Assembly (NCBI GenBank): GCA_027038175.1
Contig: JALVYB010000003.1
Span: 8,438-72,437 of the forward strand
Length of the DNA: 64,000 bases
From: a candidate division WOR-3 bacterium
GTDB taxonomy: Bacteria > Hydrothermota > Hydrothermia > UBA1063 > CAJXJZ01
Reading direction: 5' to 3'
Position numbers and translations under genes: made by a program. Each line of letters opens with the position of its first letter. The stretch's first letter is position 1. The notes below the pieces were generated by a model. That model had not been told where the DNA came from. It did no database searches and saw only the letters and a list, made by a program, of their open reading frames with translations. This document shows positions 9,556 to 19,509 of this stretch, in pieces.

Positions 9556-10126
9556 TTTTCTTACCTCCCTGTTTTCTTACTGGCCTCATCATAAACGTTA
9601 AGTTTCTTCCTTCAAGTTTTGGCTTCACCTCAAGTGCTGCCTCCCCCTCCAGTTCTTTAACAATCCTGTCTGCGAGTTCAAATCCTCTATCTGTGTGAAC
9701 CATTTCCCTTCCTCTAAAAAATATTCTGACTTTAACCTTGGCCCCATCCTCAAAGAATTCCCTCATTTTCTTGAGTTTTACCTTAAGGTCATTGTCGCTT
9801 ATGTTGGGACGCATGGATATTTCCTTAACCTCACCATGAGACTTCTTTTTCGCCTGTTTCATTCTCTTCTTCTCTTCATACTTAAACTTTCCGTAATCCA
9901 GTATCTTAGCAACAGGTGGTCTAACATTTGGAGCAATTAATACAAGGTCAAGCCCCATGTCATATGCCATTTCAAGTGCGTCCCTCGTACTCATTATGCC
10001 AAGTTGTTTACCATCAGGACCAATAACTCTAACCTCTCTGACCCTTATTCTCTCGTTAACCTGATATTTTTCCTTGTCCCTTTGAGGACGTCTATCCTGT
10101 GGTCTGAAACCTTTTATCGGACTAAT
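9521..10126 (-). CDS. infC: translation initiation factor IF-3, predicted AUU start
   Basis: The track ORF (from M at 9994) lacks the conserved N-domain. My translation upstream continues in frame as [45 protein letters not shown]..., up to a TAG at 10132-10130. ATT at 10126-10124 lies 6 nt after GGAGG and overlaps the thrS stop by 1 nt. Confidence 0.85.
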   Translation of the reverse strand: MSPIKGFRPQDRRPQRDKEKYQVNERIRVREVRVIGPDGKQLGIMSTRDALEMAYDMGLDLVLIAPNVRPPVAKILDYGKFKYEEKKRMKQAKKKSHGEVKEISMRPNISDNDLKVKLKKMREFFEDGAKVKVRIFFRGREMVHTDRGFELADRIVKELEGEAALEVKPKLEGRNLTFMMRPVRKQGGKKNAEDENKKSGG

Positions 10127-12038
10127 ATCCTACCTCCTTTTTCTCAATTTTTTCTTTTATGTAATCAAGGAACTCATCCACTTTCACAAAGCCCCTATCT
10201 CCCTCACTATGGACTCTCAAAGAGACCCCATTCATACTCTCCTCTTTCCGCCCAATCACAAGCATATAAGGTATCTTAAGATTCTCAGCCTCTCTTATCT
10301 TATATCCAATTTTCTCGTTTCTCTCATCAATCTCCACCCTTATATCCTCTTCAAGTAACCTTTCGTATACCTTTCTCGCGAATTCAATATTCTCTTCACT
10401 AATTGGCAAAACTCTCACCTGAGTAGGGGACAACCATACAGGTAGATTACCTCCATAGTGTTCAATAAGGGTTCCAAGGAAGCGCTCAAAAGATCCAAGC
10501 AATGCACGGTGTATCATATAGGGCCTTTTCTCTTTTCCGTCTTTGTCTCTATACGTCATATCAAATCGCTCTGGCAGATTAAAATCAAATTGTATGGTTG
10601 AACATTGCCACTCTCGACCAAGAGCATCCTTTATAACAATATCTATTTTGGGACCATAAAAAGCACCTGCGCCTTCGTCTATTTCATAGGACAGACCCAT
10701 GTCATCTACTGCCTTTTTCAGAGAGTTGGTAGCAAGAGCCCACATGTCAGGAGAACCCACATGTTTTTCCGGCATTGTAGAAATATAAACACCAAAATCT
10801 TCAAATCCAAAACTTCTTAGCATAAAGAGGGTAAACTCGAGAACCTTTTTAATTTCATCCTCCACCTGGTCAGCCCTAGCAAAAATGTGGGCATCATCCT
10901 GCGTAAAACCGCGAACCCTTAAAAGACCATGCAACACACCTGATTTTTCATACCTATATACCGTTCCGAGTTCCGCATATTTGATTGGAAAATCCCTGTA
11001 ACTCCTGAGTTTTGATTTGTAAATGAGTATGTGGAAGGGACAGTTCATGGGCTTTACGAAGTACTCCTGCTCATCCACCTTCATAACGGGGAACATATTT
11101 TCTCTGTAAAAATCAAGATGCCCTGAGGTTTGCCAGAGGTTTGCTCTTCCCACATGGGGAGTATAAACAAGTTGATAACCTCTTTTTATATGCTCTTTTC
11201 TCCAGAAATCCTCTATCACCATTCTTATGGTGGCTCCCCTTGGATGCCAGAGAATTAGTCCAGGCCCAACCTCTTCCTGAATAGAGTAAAGGTCAAGTTC
11301 TCTGCCAAGTTTTCTATGGTCCCTTTTCTTCGCCTCTTCAACCCTTTTAAGATAATCCTCAAGCATGGACTTTTTAGGGAAAGAAATACCATAAATGCGC
11401 TGCAGTCTTGCGTTATGCTCATCTCCTCTCCAGTAACTCCCGGATGATGATAGGACCTTCACTGCCTTAACGTATCCTGTAGATGGAAGATGTGGGCCCC
11501 GACAGAGGTCTACAAATCCATCCTGCTCATACATGGATACAATCTCATCTTCTATCTCTTCAAGAAGCTCTACTTTGTAGGTTTCGCCAGTTTTTTTGAA
11601 AAATTCTATAGCCTCTTTCCTGGGGATTTCCTTCCTCACAATAGGAATATCCCTCTTTATTACATCCCTCATCCTCTCTTCTATCTTTTCCAGGTCCTCA
11701 GGGGTAAAGGCATATCCTGCGGTATCAAAATCGTAGTAAAATCCATTTTCTATTGCAGGACCAATGGTAACTTTTACATCAGGAAAAAGTTCTTTAACAG
11801 CCTGCGCGAGTATGTGCGAACTTGTGTGCCAGTATGTTTCTCTACCAACTGGATGGTTAAAATCACATATCTCTATGTTTTTTTCAGTTCCTTCAAGTGT
11901 GTAAGTAAGGTCCCTCGGGACCCCATCCACAATGGCAACAAGATAGTCTTTACGTTTTCCGATAATATCTATAATCTTCTTGCCAGCAATATCCTCTATA
12001 TCCCTTTCCTTTCCTCCTGGAAACTTAAAAATAGCCAT
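10122..12038 (-). CDS. thrS: threonine--tRNA ligase
   Basis: 638 aa. TGS domain, editing domain and class II core ([16 protein letters not shown]-like VWLSPTQV) are recognisable. Confidence 0.95.
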   Translation of the reverse strand: MAIFKFPGGKERDIEDIAGKKIIDIIGKRKDYLVAIVDGVPRDLTYTLEGTEKNIEICDFNHPVGRETYWHTSSHILAQAVKELFPDVKVTIGPAIENGFYYDFDTAGYAFTPEDLEKIEERMRDVIKRDIPIVRKEIPRKEAIEFFKKTGETYKVELLEEIEDEIVSMYEQDGFVDLCRGPHLPSTGYVKAVKVLSSSGSYWRGDEHNARLQRIYGISFPKKSMLEDYLKRVEEAKKRDHRKLGRELDLYSIQEEVGPGLILWHPRGATIRMVIEDFWRKEHIKRGYQLVYTPHVGRANLWQTSGHLDFYRENMFPVMKVDEQEYFVKPMNCPFHILIYKSKLRSYRDFPIKYAELGTVYRYEKSGVLHGLLRVRGFTQDDAHIFARADQVEDEIKKVLEFTLFMLRSFGFEDFGVYISTMPEKHVGSPDMWALATNSLKKAVDDMGLSYEIDEGAGAFYGPKIDIVIKDALGREWQCSTIQFDFNLPERFDMTYRDKDGKEKRPYMIHRALLGSFERFLGTLIEHYGGNLPVWLSPTQVRVLPISEENIEFARKVYERLLEEDIRVEIDERNEKIGYKIREAENLKIPYMLVIGRKEESMNGVSLRVHSEGDRGFVKVDEFLDYIKEKIEKKEVGY

Positions 12039-12067
12039 CTTACCTTCCTGCTTTTTAGTGGTTTAGA

Positions 12068-12096
12068 ATGATAAAGTATAAGGTACGACCCTTCAA
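12068..12096 (-). promoter_or_regulatory. candidate promoter TTGAAG-17nt-TATCAT for the thrS operon
   Basis: Minus-sense TTGAAG (12096-12091), 17-nt spacer, TATCAT (12073-12068). Short leader with AGGAAGG SD; no room for a T-box. Confidence 0.5.
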
Positions 12097-12109
12097 ACAC
12101 TTATGGATT

Positions 12110-13291
12110 TTATCCGATTACCCCCAGTTCCTTCCCCACCTTTTCAAATTTTTCAAGCGCGAAATCAAGGTCCTTCTTCTCATGAACCGCGGAAATCATA
12201 ACCCTTATACGAGCCTTGCCTTTGGGAACAGTGGGATAACCAATAGCCTGTGCAAAAATTCCTTCTTTGAATAGTCTCTTTGAAAATTCCTGTGCAAGTG
12301 GGGCTTCTCCCAGCATCACAGGGGTTATGGGTGTCTGACTTATACCTATATCAAACCCAAGAGATTTCATTTCAGTCTTAAAATAATTGGCATTATCCCA
12401 GAGCCTCACCACAAGTTCATCAGAATCTGTTAATATGTCTACTGCTGCTATTGCTGCTGCCACATCTGCGGGTGTCACTGCACTTGAGAAAAGGAACGGT
12501 CTTGCCTTCTGTCTTAAGTAATCTATAACCTCCTCTTTTGCCGCAACATACCCACCGACTACTCCAAACGCTTTGGACAGAGTTCCCACCTCAAGGTCAA
12601 CCTTACCATGCAAGCCGAAATGGTCCACAATACCTCTTCCACTCTTTCCAAGAACACCCTCTCCATGTGCATCATCAACCATGGTTATTGCATCGTATTT
12701 TTCTGCCACCTCAACTATTTCTGGTAAAGGTGCTATGTCTCCGTCCATGGAAAAGACACCGTCCGTTACAACGAGTTTCCTGCCCGGATGTTCCTTGTAC
12801 TCTTCCAGTTTCTTTCTGAGGTCTTCAGGGTCTGCATGGTTGAATCTTACAATCTCCGCCCTTGAAAGACGACATCCATCAATAATAGAAGCATGGTTCA
12901 GTTCGTCTGAGAAAATTACATCCCCACGTCCTACAATTGCAGGTATTACAGCAAGATTGGTATTAAACCCGGACTGAAAAGATAGTGTTGCCTCAGCCCC
13001 TTTAAACTTTGCAAGTTTCTCTTCGAGTTCTCTGTGAATTTTCATGGTACCTGCAATGGTTCTAACCGCTCCCGGACCCACACCGAGTTCATCGATTGCT
13101 TTTTTAGCCCTTTCCTTAAGCACTGGATGATTGGCAAAGCCAAGATAATTATTGGAGCAGAGATTGAGTACCTCTTTCCCATCCACCTTAATCCATGCAC
13201 CCTGAGGACTTTCAAGAGTCCTGATGGTCACATACAGGCCCTCTTTCTTGAGACGCTCAATTTCTTCTTTTACAAAATCAAGTTTACCCAT
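12110..13291 (-). CDS. kbl: glycine C-acetyltransferase (2-amino-3-ketobutyrate CoA ligase)
   Basis: 393 aa, co-linear with E. coli Kbl from memory ([60 protein letters not shown]). Confidence 0.85.
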   Translation of the reverse strand: MGKLDFVKEEIERLKKEGLYVTIRTLESPQGAWIKVDGKEVLNLCSNNYLGFANHPVLKERAKKAIDELGVGPGAVRTIAGTMKIHRELEEKLAKFKGAEATLSFQSGFNTNLAVIPAIVGRGDVIFSDELNHASIIDGCRLSRAEIVRFNHADPEDLRKKLEEYKEHPGRKLVVTDGVFSMDGDIAPLPEIVEVAEKYDAITMVDDAHGEGVLGKSGRGIVDHFGLHGKVDLEVGTLSKAFGVVGGYVAAKEEVIDYLRQKARPFLFSSAVTPADVAAAIAAVDILTDSDELVVRLWDNANYFKTEMKSLGFDIGISQTPITPVMLGEAPLAQEFSKRLFKEGIFAQAIGYPTVPKGKARIRVMISAVHEKKDLDFALEKFEKVGKELGVIG

Positions 13292-13311
13292 AACACCTCC
13301 TTTCTGTATAA

Positions 13312-13340
13312 ATAATAATGTAAACTTCGGGTAAGTTCAA
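13312..13340 (-). promoter_or_regulatory. candidate promoter TTGAAC-17nt-TATTAT for kbl
   Basis: Minus-sense TTGAAC (13340-13335), 17-nt spacer, TATTAT (13317-13312), then AAGGAGGT SD. Confidence 0.45.
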
Positions 13341-13406
13341 ATAAAAGACAGCACCTTCCATGTTGAATAATTTGTTTTTTCTCATTTTTGCTTTATTCTT
13401 AAATAT

Positions 13407-14333
13407 ATGAAAGTCAGTGTGATTATTCCTGCATATAACGAAAAGGACAATATAAAAGACCTTTTAAGACACATCGATAAATTTAAAAAGGAACATGAGG
13501 TAGATTGGGAGTTTATCATCGTTGATGACGGCTCAACCGATGGAACGTTCGAACTTATCTCAAGTCTATATAACGATTATCCGTATATAAAAGTTGTAAA
13601 ACACAGACGGAACTTCGGGTTAACTGAGGCACTTCTTACTGGCTTTGAGCACTCAAGTGGAGAAGCGGTTGTTTTCTTTCCAGCTGACCTTCAGTTTCAC
13701 CTTGACGACGTAAAAAGAATGTCAGAAAAGATGGAAGAAGGATACGACCTTGTTGCAGGAAAGAAACAGGGGAAATACTCTAAAAAGTTCGTATCGTCCA
13801 TATACAACTACCTTTCCAGAAAACTCTTTCATGTGAACATTACAGATATGAACTCAATCAAAATCATGAGAAGGGAAATATTTGAATTAATACCCCATAG
13901 AAAAGGATGGCATAGATACATTGTTCCAATTGCACACGAATACGGCTACAAAATGACAGAAATTGGTGTAACCCTTTATCCGCGCGTGGGAGGTGAGAGT
14001 AAGTTTAAAGGTCCATGGAGGATAATAGTAGGGACGATGGACCTTATAGCCGTTAAATTTCAGTTGAGTTTCATAAAAAGCCCTATGCTGTTTTTTGGAA
14101 CTCTCAGTCTTTTATCTTTTATACTGGGCACTCTTATTTTCCTGCTTGCCCTTGTGTTAAGACTTGTACACCACGGATACAGGCCACTTCTTTATGCTGT
14201 TATTCTATTTTATACAGGTGCACTTATTTTGCTTGCTATGGGTTCTCTTGGAGAAATGATAGCAGGCCTTAGAGATGCCCCTCAAAATTCTAAAAAACAC
14301 AAGGTTGAGATAACCATTGATAATAAAAAATAG
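13407..14333 (+). CDS. family 2 glycosyltransferase (polyprenol-phosphate sugar transferase-like) with C-terminal TM helices
   Basis: 308 aa. MKVSVIIPAYNEKDNI...IIVDDGSTDGT, and a DXD-like context. Hydrophobic C-terminus. Confidence 0.8.
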   Translation: MKVSVIIPAYNEKDNIKDLLRHIDKFKKEHEVDWEFIIVDDGSTDGTFELISSLYNDYPYIKVVKHRRNFGLTEALLTGFEHSSGEAVVFFPADLQFHLDDVKRMSEKMEEGYDLVAGKKQGKYSKKFVSSIYNYLSRKLFHVNITDMNSIKIMRREIFELIPHRKGWHRYIVPIAHEYGYKMTEIGVTLYPRVGGESKFKGPWRIIVGTMDLIAVKFQLSFIKSPMLFFGTLSLLSFILGTLIFLLALVLRLVHHGYRPLLYAVILFYTGALILLAMGSLGEMIAGLRDAPQNSKKHKVEITIDNKK

Positions 14334-14348
14334 GGGGCCTAAGCCCCC
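14333..14348. terminator. bidirectional terminator hairpin between the convergent GT2 and S8 genes
   Basis: GGGGGC-CTAA-GCCCCC with T-runs on both strands (TATTTT on plus, TATTTTT on minus). Confidence 0.65.
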
Positions 14349-14361
14349 TATTTTGGTTGTA

Positions 14362-17300
14362 TTACTTCACCCTTACAAATCTTTCAACTTTCCTGTATTC
14401 TCCAGTTTCAATAGTAACGAAGTAAACTCCTCTCCTTAAATTACGCGTGTCTATGGATACTGTATGAACTCCCCTGGAGAGACCTCTAATCGTAGAAGTA
14501 CTCACCCTTCTGCCACTTATATCAAATATGCTGAGTTTGACGTCCATACTGGCTGGCATGGAAAGTCTGACAACAGGTTCAAAACCAGGTCCATAGTAAA
14601 GTTGAGCATTCCACAACCTTTTATCTTCTTTTTCTTTTACATCACTTAGAGCCCTTGTTGTAAATAGAACCACACTTCCCCTCTGAATCTCAGAAGACCC
14701 CTGATTGTATGCACCATTGTAGTAGTATTCTATGCCAATGCTCCCCTGTTCATTTTCTATCCCTGTGGTAAAATCTGACTGACCCGGCACATCATCAAAC
14801 TGAAGGAGTATATCCCCATTTCCAGTGGGCGTTGAGTTGAAGGCAGGGTCCAGAAGAATAACTGTAAAACTCGTTTTCTGAGTGGTGCTATTATAAAACG
14901 GCACATTTTTATACTGTATAATGAACCTGTGCTCTGTGGTATCGCTAAAGTAGTATATTCCGCCGCCACTTGATGGGTCAAGGTCATCCCATACACCCGC
15001 TATTATAGCATTGGGAGTGCTGGTGGATGGTATTGTTGTGTTGCCTATTGAATTGGTCCCGGGGTCCTGTCCAAAAGAAATCCATCCATTCGAGCATACC
15101 CAGATATTTGTATAGTCCACATTGTAAAACCTGAAAGTAAATGGCAAAGGTACGTTTGCTCTATCATCATCACCAAGTGAAAGTTGTGTTCCCACACTGG
15201 AGATATCAATGCTATCATAGACAGGAGCAAGTGGAGTATAAACAGAATCTGTGTTGTCAAGCGCCATATAAAGCGTATCATCGTTTGACCAGTAAATCTC
15301 TCCCACCGAAAGAGAGAACGAGAACGTGTCCGTAGCGTTATCTGCGCTCATAAACACATAGAAATCCGCCGTTGCGCCAACAGGAAAATTCTGTGCCACA
15401 CTTATAGAAAACACAGCAGTTCTCAGTGAATCGCTTTCTATAACATTAAAGAATGCTGTATCATCTGCAAAGGTTATTTGAGAAGAAGATGTAACCAGAT
15501 GAAGCGAAACGTTGTGAGCACTATCCGTACCTATATTCTTTAATTTAAACAGAATATAAGCATCCTCACCTGGATCAAGTTTATTGTTTCCGTTTCCTCC
15601 CATAGAATCATCAACAAAAACTCCATAATTTATCAGTCTAACTCCTGTAAGCGGCAGATCTTCCTGCAGCACAATATCATCAACATACCATCCGTCTCTT
15701 GTAACACTTTGATCCGATTCCACAAGAAATCTCACATAAATGTTTTTTCCAGTATACTCAGACGGTATATCTACAGTATCACATATCCACCCAGTCGTAC
15801 TGTCCGTGTATCTTGCAATTGTGGTCCATGAACTGGCATCACTTTTATCAAGTCCAACCTGAACATAGCCGTAATCATAGCCATTTTCGAAACTGTACCT
15901 ATGCCAGAAAATTAACCTTGCAAAATATGCCTCAGTAAGGTCAAAAGCAGCAGAACTAACAAGATAGTTGTGTGCATCGTTTGTATACTCACCACCTGGA
16001 GAGTCTGTAAAGGATGAAGGAGCAGAATGGTAATCCGAGGATATAAGAGCCCATGTGCCGTTTGTCTCCCACCCTGCTTCCGAGCTAAAGTCATATGTAT
16101 ACCAGGGATAAAATACTGGAGTGCCAAGTTGTAATGATATCGTATCTGTAAGGTGATATCCACCATCTCCTGTAATGCTTATCTCAAAAGATGCGCTTTT
16201 ACCGGCTCTCCATCCAGAATCAACAGTGAATCCAAATCCATCCCCGGAGGATGTGCTATCCTGCTGTATATCTCCATAAAATGATATATTATCATCAAAA
16301 GAACCTGCATCCTGAAATTCGGGGAGTAACGTTAAAGTGGCATTTACATTGCTTACTGTAAGCCCGTAGTTTTTTAGTTTGACCACAATAGTTACATGCT
16401 CACCGGGGTCTGCAACACCATCCCCATTCCCGGATGCATCGTTGACATTAATCCTTATGACCCTCAAAAACGGCTCATTAAGAGAGGGGGTGTTCTCAAC
16501 AGCGAGCAATGCATTTATTCTGCCCCATCCATAATCATTGTTGGGATAGGTATGCCCTGCAGGATGATCTGCTGCAAGATTGGTGATAATATCGTAAACC
16601 TCACTGTAGTCAAGGCCCGGGTTCTTCTCCAGCATAAGGGCTATTACACCTGTCACATGTGGCGTTGCCATACTTGTACCATCCCAGGTTTCATAGTTTC
16701 CTCCCGGCGTACTTGAACGTATGCCAGCACCGGGCGCAGATATGTCCGGTTTTATAAAATTCCAGTCCGGACGTGACCAATACGTTGTATCAGCATATCT
16801 ACCCGTATCAGGAGCAGGGCCTCTACTTGAAAAATCAGCAATATTATCATTATTATCAGTTGCACCTACTCCTATTACTATGGGATAATCCCCGGGGCTT
16901 CCAACGGTTTCTGCTCCAGGCCCCGAATTGCCTGCCGCAAAAACAGGTATAATATCCATACCCCTCCAGTTATTCCATATATCGTCCCACATCCATGTTT
17001 CACCATGGCCTCCACCCCAGGAATTGCTTATTACCCTTATATCAACTCCAGAATCGGCTTTAAGGGAAACAAACCACTCAGAACATTCAAGAATAGACGT
17101 ATCACTTCCTGTGCCCTGAGAAGAAAAGGCTTTACATGAAGACAAAGATGCATTATAGGCAATACCGATGTCTTCTGTAAAACTTCCCGGACCGTCGCCT
17201 CCTGCAATTGTACCGGCAACATGGGTTCCATGTCCGTGGTCATCATACGGAGCAGTGTTATGGTTCACAGCATCATGAAAATGCCCTGAAAAATTGCCCA

Positions 17301-17850
17301 AAAGGGCAGGATGATCCGGGTCTATGCCTGTATCCAGAATCCCCACATCCACTCCCTCACCTGAGAGACCATAGTAAGCCCATACAGAGTCTGCTTTTAT
17401 CTTATCAATATTCCATTCAACCGACTTATCCTTAAGGGCAGTCTTTAACATGCCTTTACTATGAGATGGTTTTCCCAGTATATGCCAGAAGGAAAGCTCT
17501 TTTACAAGATATACCTCGGGAAAATTGGCTATTTCCTCTATCACATACGGCCTGGCTTTCACGTAAATGGCATTCGATACCCAGAAAGTCCTGTAATGTG
17601 CTACATCCTTCGAGTTCTTTTCAAGATAACTCAAGACATTTTTCTGAGATTCTTTTGCCACCTCTCTCAATATATTTGCTTTCTCTTTATACCTTCCCCT
17701 GCCCATTTTTCTTATATCTATAGGGCTTTTGAAAATCACCATCGCATCCACGTAATCCGAGGTACTACTAAGTTTTTCTCTCAGATTCGTGGTTATCATA
17801 CCTCCCTCCGCACTAATCGCCAGGAGGAATATAAGTAGGATATGCCTCAT
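14362..17850 (-). CDS. secreted subtilisin-family (S8) serine peptidase with I9-like propeptide, MAM/LamG-like and CARDB-like modules and T9SS-type CTD
   Basis: Catalytic triad contexts GILDTGIDPDHP, HGHGTHVAGTIAG, GTSMATPHVTG. C-terminus ...VKLSIFDISGRRVSTSTIRGLSRGVHTVSIDTRNLRRGVYFVTIETGEYRKVERFVRVK. Start moved to the ATG at 17850 (MRHILLIFLLAISAEG signal peptide, GGGAGG SD). The 21-codon track extension overlaps the promoter. Confidence 0.85.
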   Translation of the reverse strand: MRHILLIFLLAISAEGGMITTNLREKLSSTSDYVDAMVIFKSPIDIRKMGRGRYKEKANILREVAKESQKNVLSYLEKNSKDVAHYRTFWVSNAIYVKARPYVIEEIANFPEVYLVKELSFWHILGKPSHSKGMLKTALKDKSVEWNIDKIKADSVWAYYGLSGEGVDVGILDTGIDPDHPALLGNFSGHFHDAVNHNTAPYDDHGHGTHVAGTIAGGDGPGSFTEDIGIAYNASLSSCKAFSSQGTGSDTSILECSEWFVSLKADSGVDIRVISNSWGGGHGETWMWDDIWNNWRGMDIIPVFAAGNSGPGAETVGSPGDYPIVIGVGATDNNDNIADFSSRGPAPDTGRYADTTYWSRPDWNFIKPDISAPGAGIRSSTPGGNYETWDGTSMATPHVTGVIALMLEKNPGLDYSEVYDIITNLAADHPAGHTYPNNDYGWGRINALLAVENTPSLNEPFLRVIRINVNDASGNGDGVADPGEHVTIVVKLKNYGLTVSNVNATLTLLPEFQDAGSFDDNISFYGDIQQDSTSSGDGFGFTVDSGWRAGKSASFEISITGDGGYHLTDTISLQLGTPVFYPWYTYDFSSEAGWETNGTWALISSDYHSAPSSFTDSPGGEYTNDAHNYLVSSAAFDLTEAYFARLIFWHRYSFENGYDYGYVQVGLDKSDASSWTTIARYTDSTTGWICDTVDIPSEYTGKNIYVRFLVESDQSVTRDGWYVDDIVLQEDLPLTGVRLINYGVFVDDSMGGNGNNKLDPGEDAYILFKLKNIGTDSAHNVSLHLVTSSSQITFADDTAFFNVIESDSLRTAVFSISVAQNFPVGATADFYVFMSADNATDTFSFSLSVGEIYWSNDDTLYMALDNTDSVYTPLAPVYDSIDISSVGTQLSLGDDDRANVPLPFTFRFYNVDYTNIWVCSNGWISFGQDPGTNSIGNTTIPSTSTPNAIIAGVWDDLDPSSGGGIYYFSDTTEHRFIIQYKNVPFYNSTTQKTSFTVILLDPAFNSTPTGNGDILLQFDDVPGQSDFTTGIENEQGSIGIEYYYNGAYNQGSSEIQRGSVVLFTTRALSDVKEKEDKRLWNAQLYYGPGFEPVVRLSMPASMDVKLSIFDISGRRVSTSTIRGLSRGVHTVSIDTRNLRRGVYFVTIETGEYRKVERFVRVK

Positions 17851-17870
17851 GCTACCTCCCTGTTTTTTGC

Positions 17871-17899
17871 AATTATAAAGGAACAGATGGAGTTCTTCA
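17871..17899 (-). promoter_or_regulatory. sigma70-type promoter TTGAAG-17nt-TATAAT for the S8 peptidase gene
   Basis: Minus-sense TTGAAG (17899-17894), 17-nt spacer, TATAAT (17876-17871). Confidence 0.6.
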
Positions 17900-17948
17900 A
17901 CGGTTTTATACAAATTAGAGAATTAAAATCGTTATTGTTCTTTTCGTA

Positions 17949-17977
17949 TTGTTTATTTACTTGTGTGCCATTATAAT
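17949..17977 (+). promoter_or_regulatory. promoter TTGTTT-17nt-TATAAT placed 7 nt before the dnaX ATG (leaderless candidate)
   Basis: TTGTTT 17949-17954, 17-nt spacer, TATAAT 17972-17977, then ctatact, then ATG at 17985. No SD. Confidence 0.6.
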
Positions 17978-17984
17978 CTATACT

Positions 17985-19217
17985 ATGAATTTACCGGTTA
18001 AATACAGGCCAAAGACTTTCGACGACGTGGTTGGACAGGAGCACGTTGTAAAAACCCTTAAAAACGCACTCAAGCATAAAAAAATTTCCAATGCCTACCT
18101 TTTTACAGGTCAGCGAGGCATAGGTAAAACCACTATTGCCCGGATACTGGCAAAAGGCCTCAATTGTGAAAAGGGGCCCACTCCCGAGCCATGCGGTAAA
18201 TGCGCGATGTGCCGTGAGATAGAGGAAGGAAATTCACTGGATGTAATTGAAATAGATGGGGCTTCCAACAGAGGAATAGACCAGATAAGAGAACTAAGAG
18301 AGAACGTGCGTTTTATGCCTGTTCACGCAAGATACAAGGTTATAATCATCGATGAGGTGCATATGTTAACAAATGAAGCGTTCAATGCTCTTTTAAAGAC
18401 ACTTGAAGAACCACCGGAAAACGTTGTCTTTATATTTGCCACAACTGAACCGCGAAAAATACCTGAAACAGTTTTATCAAGGGTTCAGAGATTTGACTTC
18501 AGGCCTCTATCAGAAAAGACCCTTATTGAAAGACTGAAATACATATGCGACAGGGAAAATATAAAGTGTGAAGAGGAGGCTCTCTCGCTTATATTTGAGG
18601 CAAGTGAAGGAAGTATGAGAGATGCCATCTCACTCCTTGAGCAGGCCTATATATACGGAGAAGGAGAGATAAAAGCAGAATCATTGAGAGAAGTGCTGGG
18701 CATTCTTGAAGAGGAAACCTTCTTTAACCTTTTTAAGATGATAAAAGAGGAAAACTCAAAAGGTGTCATAGAACTTCTACACAGTGTTCTAAATAGAGGA
18801 TATAGTCTGTATGACTTTCATAGGGGTCTTATAAAAGCAGCCTACGGGCTTATGCATGCTGCATTACTGGGTCATGATAACAAATACAAAGAACTCGCTC
18901 CATATTTTCCGGAGCAGGATATTCTTTATGTATTCAAAATCCTTAAAGATATGGAACAAACCCTTAGACTCAGTAACTACCCACGAGCACTTTTTGAATA
19001 CGAACTTTTGAAACTTGCAAACCTTAAAAAAATCGTACCCAGAGGTGCTTTTCAAATCGCTGAATCAAGGGATATATCTCCCACTCCCCCTCTCTATAAT
19101 ATCCATTCCGATATGAAAAAAGAAAACATAAGAGAGGGGAACCAGAATCATGAACTTTTGAAGAAACTTATAGAAGAGTTAAACTTAAAGGAGGTAAACA
19201 ACAATGGATCTTTTTAA
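17985..19217 (+). CDS. dnaX: DNA polymerase III subunit gamma/tau (short form)
   Basis: MNLPVKYRPKTFDDVVGQEHV, GQRGIGKTT, zinc module CGKCAMC, IIDEVHML. Start set at the ATG at 17985, because the track TTG (17949) is the -35 element. Confidence 0.9.
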   Translation: MNLPVKYRPKTFDDVVGQEHVVKTLKNALKHKKISNAYLFTGQRGIGKTTIARILAKGLNCEKGPTPEPCGKCAMCREIEEGNSLDVIEIDGASNRGIDQIRELRENVRFMPVHARYKVIIIDEVHMLTNEAFNALLKTLEEPPENVVFIFATTEPRKIPETVLSRVQRFDFRPLSEKTLIERLKYICDRENIKCEEEALSLIFEASEGSMRDAISLLEQAYIYGEGEIKAESLREVLGILEEETFFNLFKMIKEENSKGVIELLHSVLNRGYSLYDFHRGLIKAAYGLMHAALLGHDNKYKELAPYFPEQDILYVFKILKDMEQTLRLSNYPRALFEYELLKLANLKKIVPRGAFQIAESRDISPTPPLYNIHSDMKKENIREGNQNHELLKKLIEELNLKEVNNNGSF

Positions 19218-19509
19218 ACTCATGAACGACGCAAGGAAAATGCAGGCACAGATGAAAAAATTACAGAAGGAAATTAAAAAAATCAGGGAAGAGGGCACTT
19301 CCAAGGATGGTAGTATAAAAGTTATGCTCTCTGGCGATTATAACCTGGAAGACATAGAAATAAATGAGGTAAAAGATGGAAAGAAACTGAAAAAATCCAT
19401 AAAAGAGGCTTTCCAAGACGCAAGAAAAAAAGTTGATTCAAGAATAAAAGAACTTACGAATGAGTATATGAAAGGCATACCCAAAGATGTACAAAATTTC
19501 TTATCTTGA
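19204..19509 (+). CDS. ybaB: YbaB/EbfC family nucleoid-associated protein
   Basis: 101 aa. MNDARKMQAQMKKLQKEI... and the conserved position between dnaX and recR. Confidence 0.85.
   Translation: MDLFKLMNDARKMQAQMKKLQKEIKKIREEGTSKDGSIKVMLSGDYNLEDIEINEVKDGKKLKKSIKEAFQDARKKVDSRIKELTNEYMKGIPKDVQNFLS

Noticed and set aside
11490-12071. 193-aa plus-strand ORF antisense to thrS. Similar antisense ORFs occur at 12573-12977, 22007-22474, 50342-50758, 52042-52395 and 56726-57109.
   Set aside because: Each is fully embedded antisense in a well-supported gene. Composition is F/L/Y/S-rich, mirroring K/E-rich sense codons, and there is no SD or promoter.
17851-17913. N-terminal extensions in the ORF track: S8 peptidase (21 codons), dnaX (17949-17984) and the fbp-coupled gene (50265-50285)
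   Set aside because: Each extension overlaps a well-formed -35/-10 promoter. The downstream ATG gives a proper signal peptide or a canonical family N-terminus.
19026-19032. A7 run in dnaX as a possible programmed -1 frameshift site (as in E. coli dnaX)
   Set aside because: In frame it reads CTT AAA AAA ATC, not an X XXY YYZ heptamer. The protein is already gamma-sized with no tau C-terminal domains to truncate.
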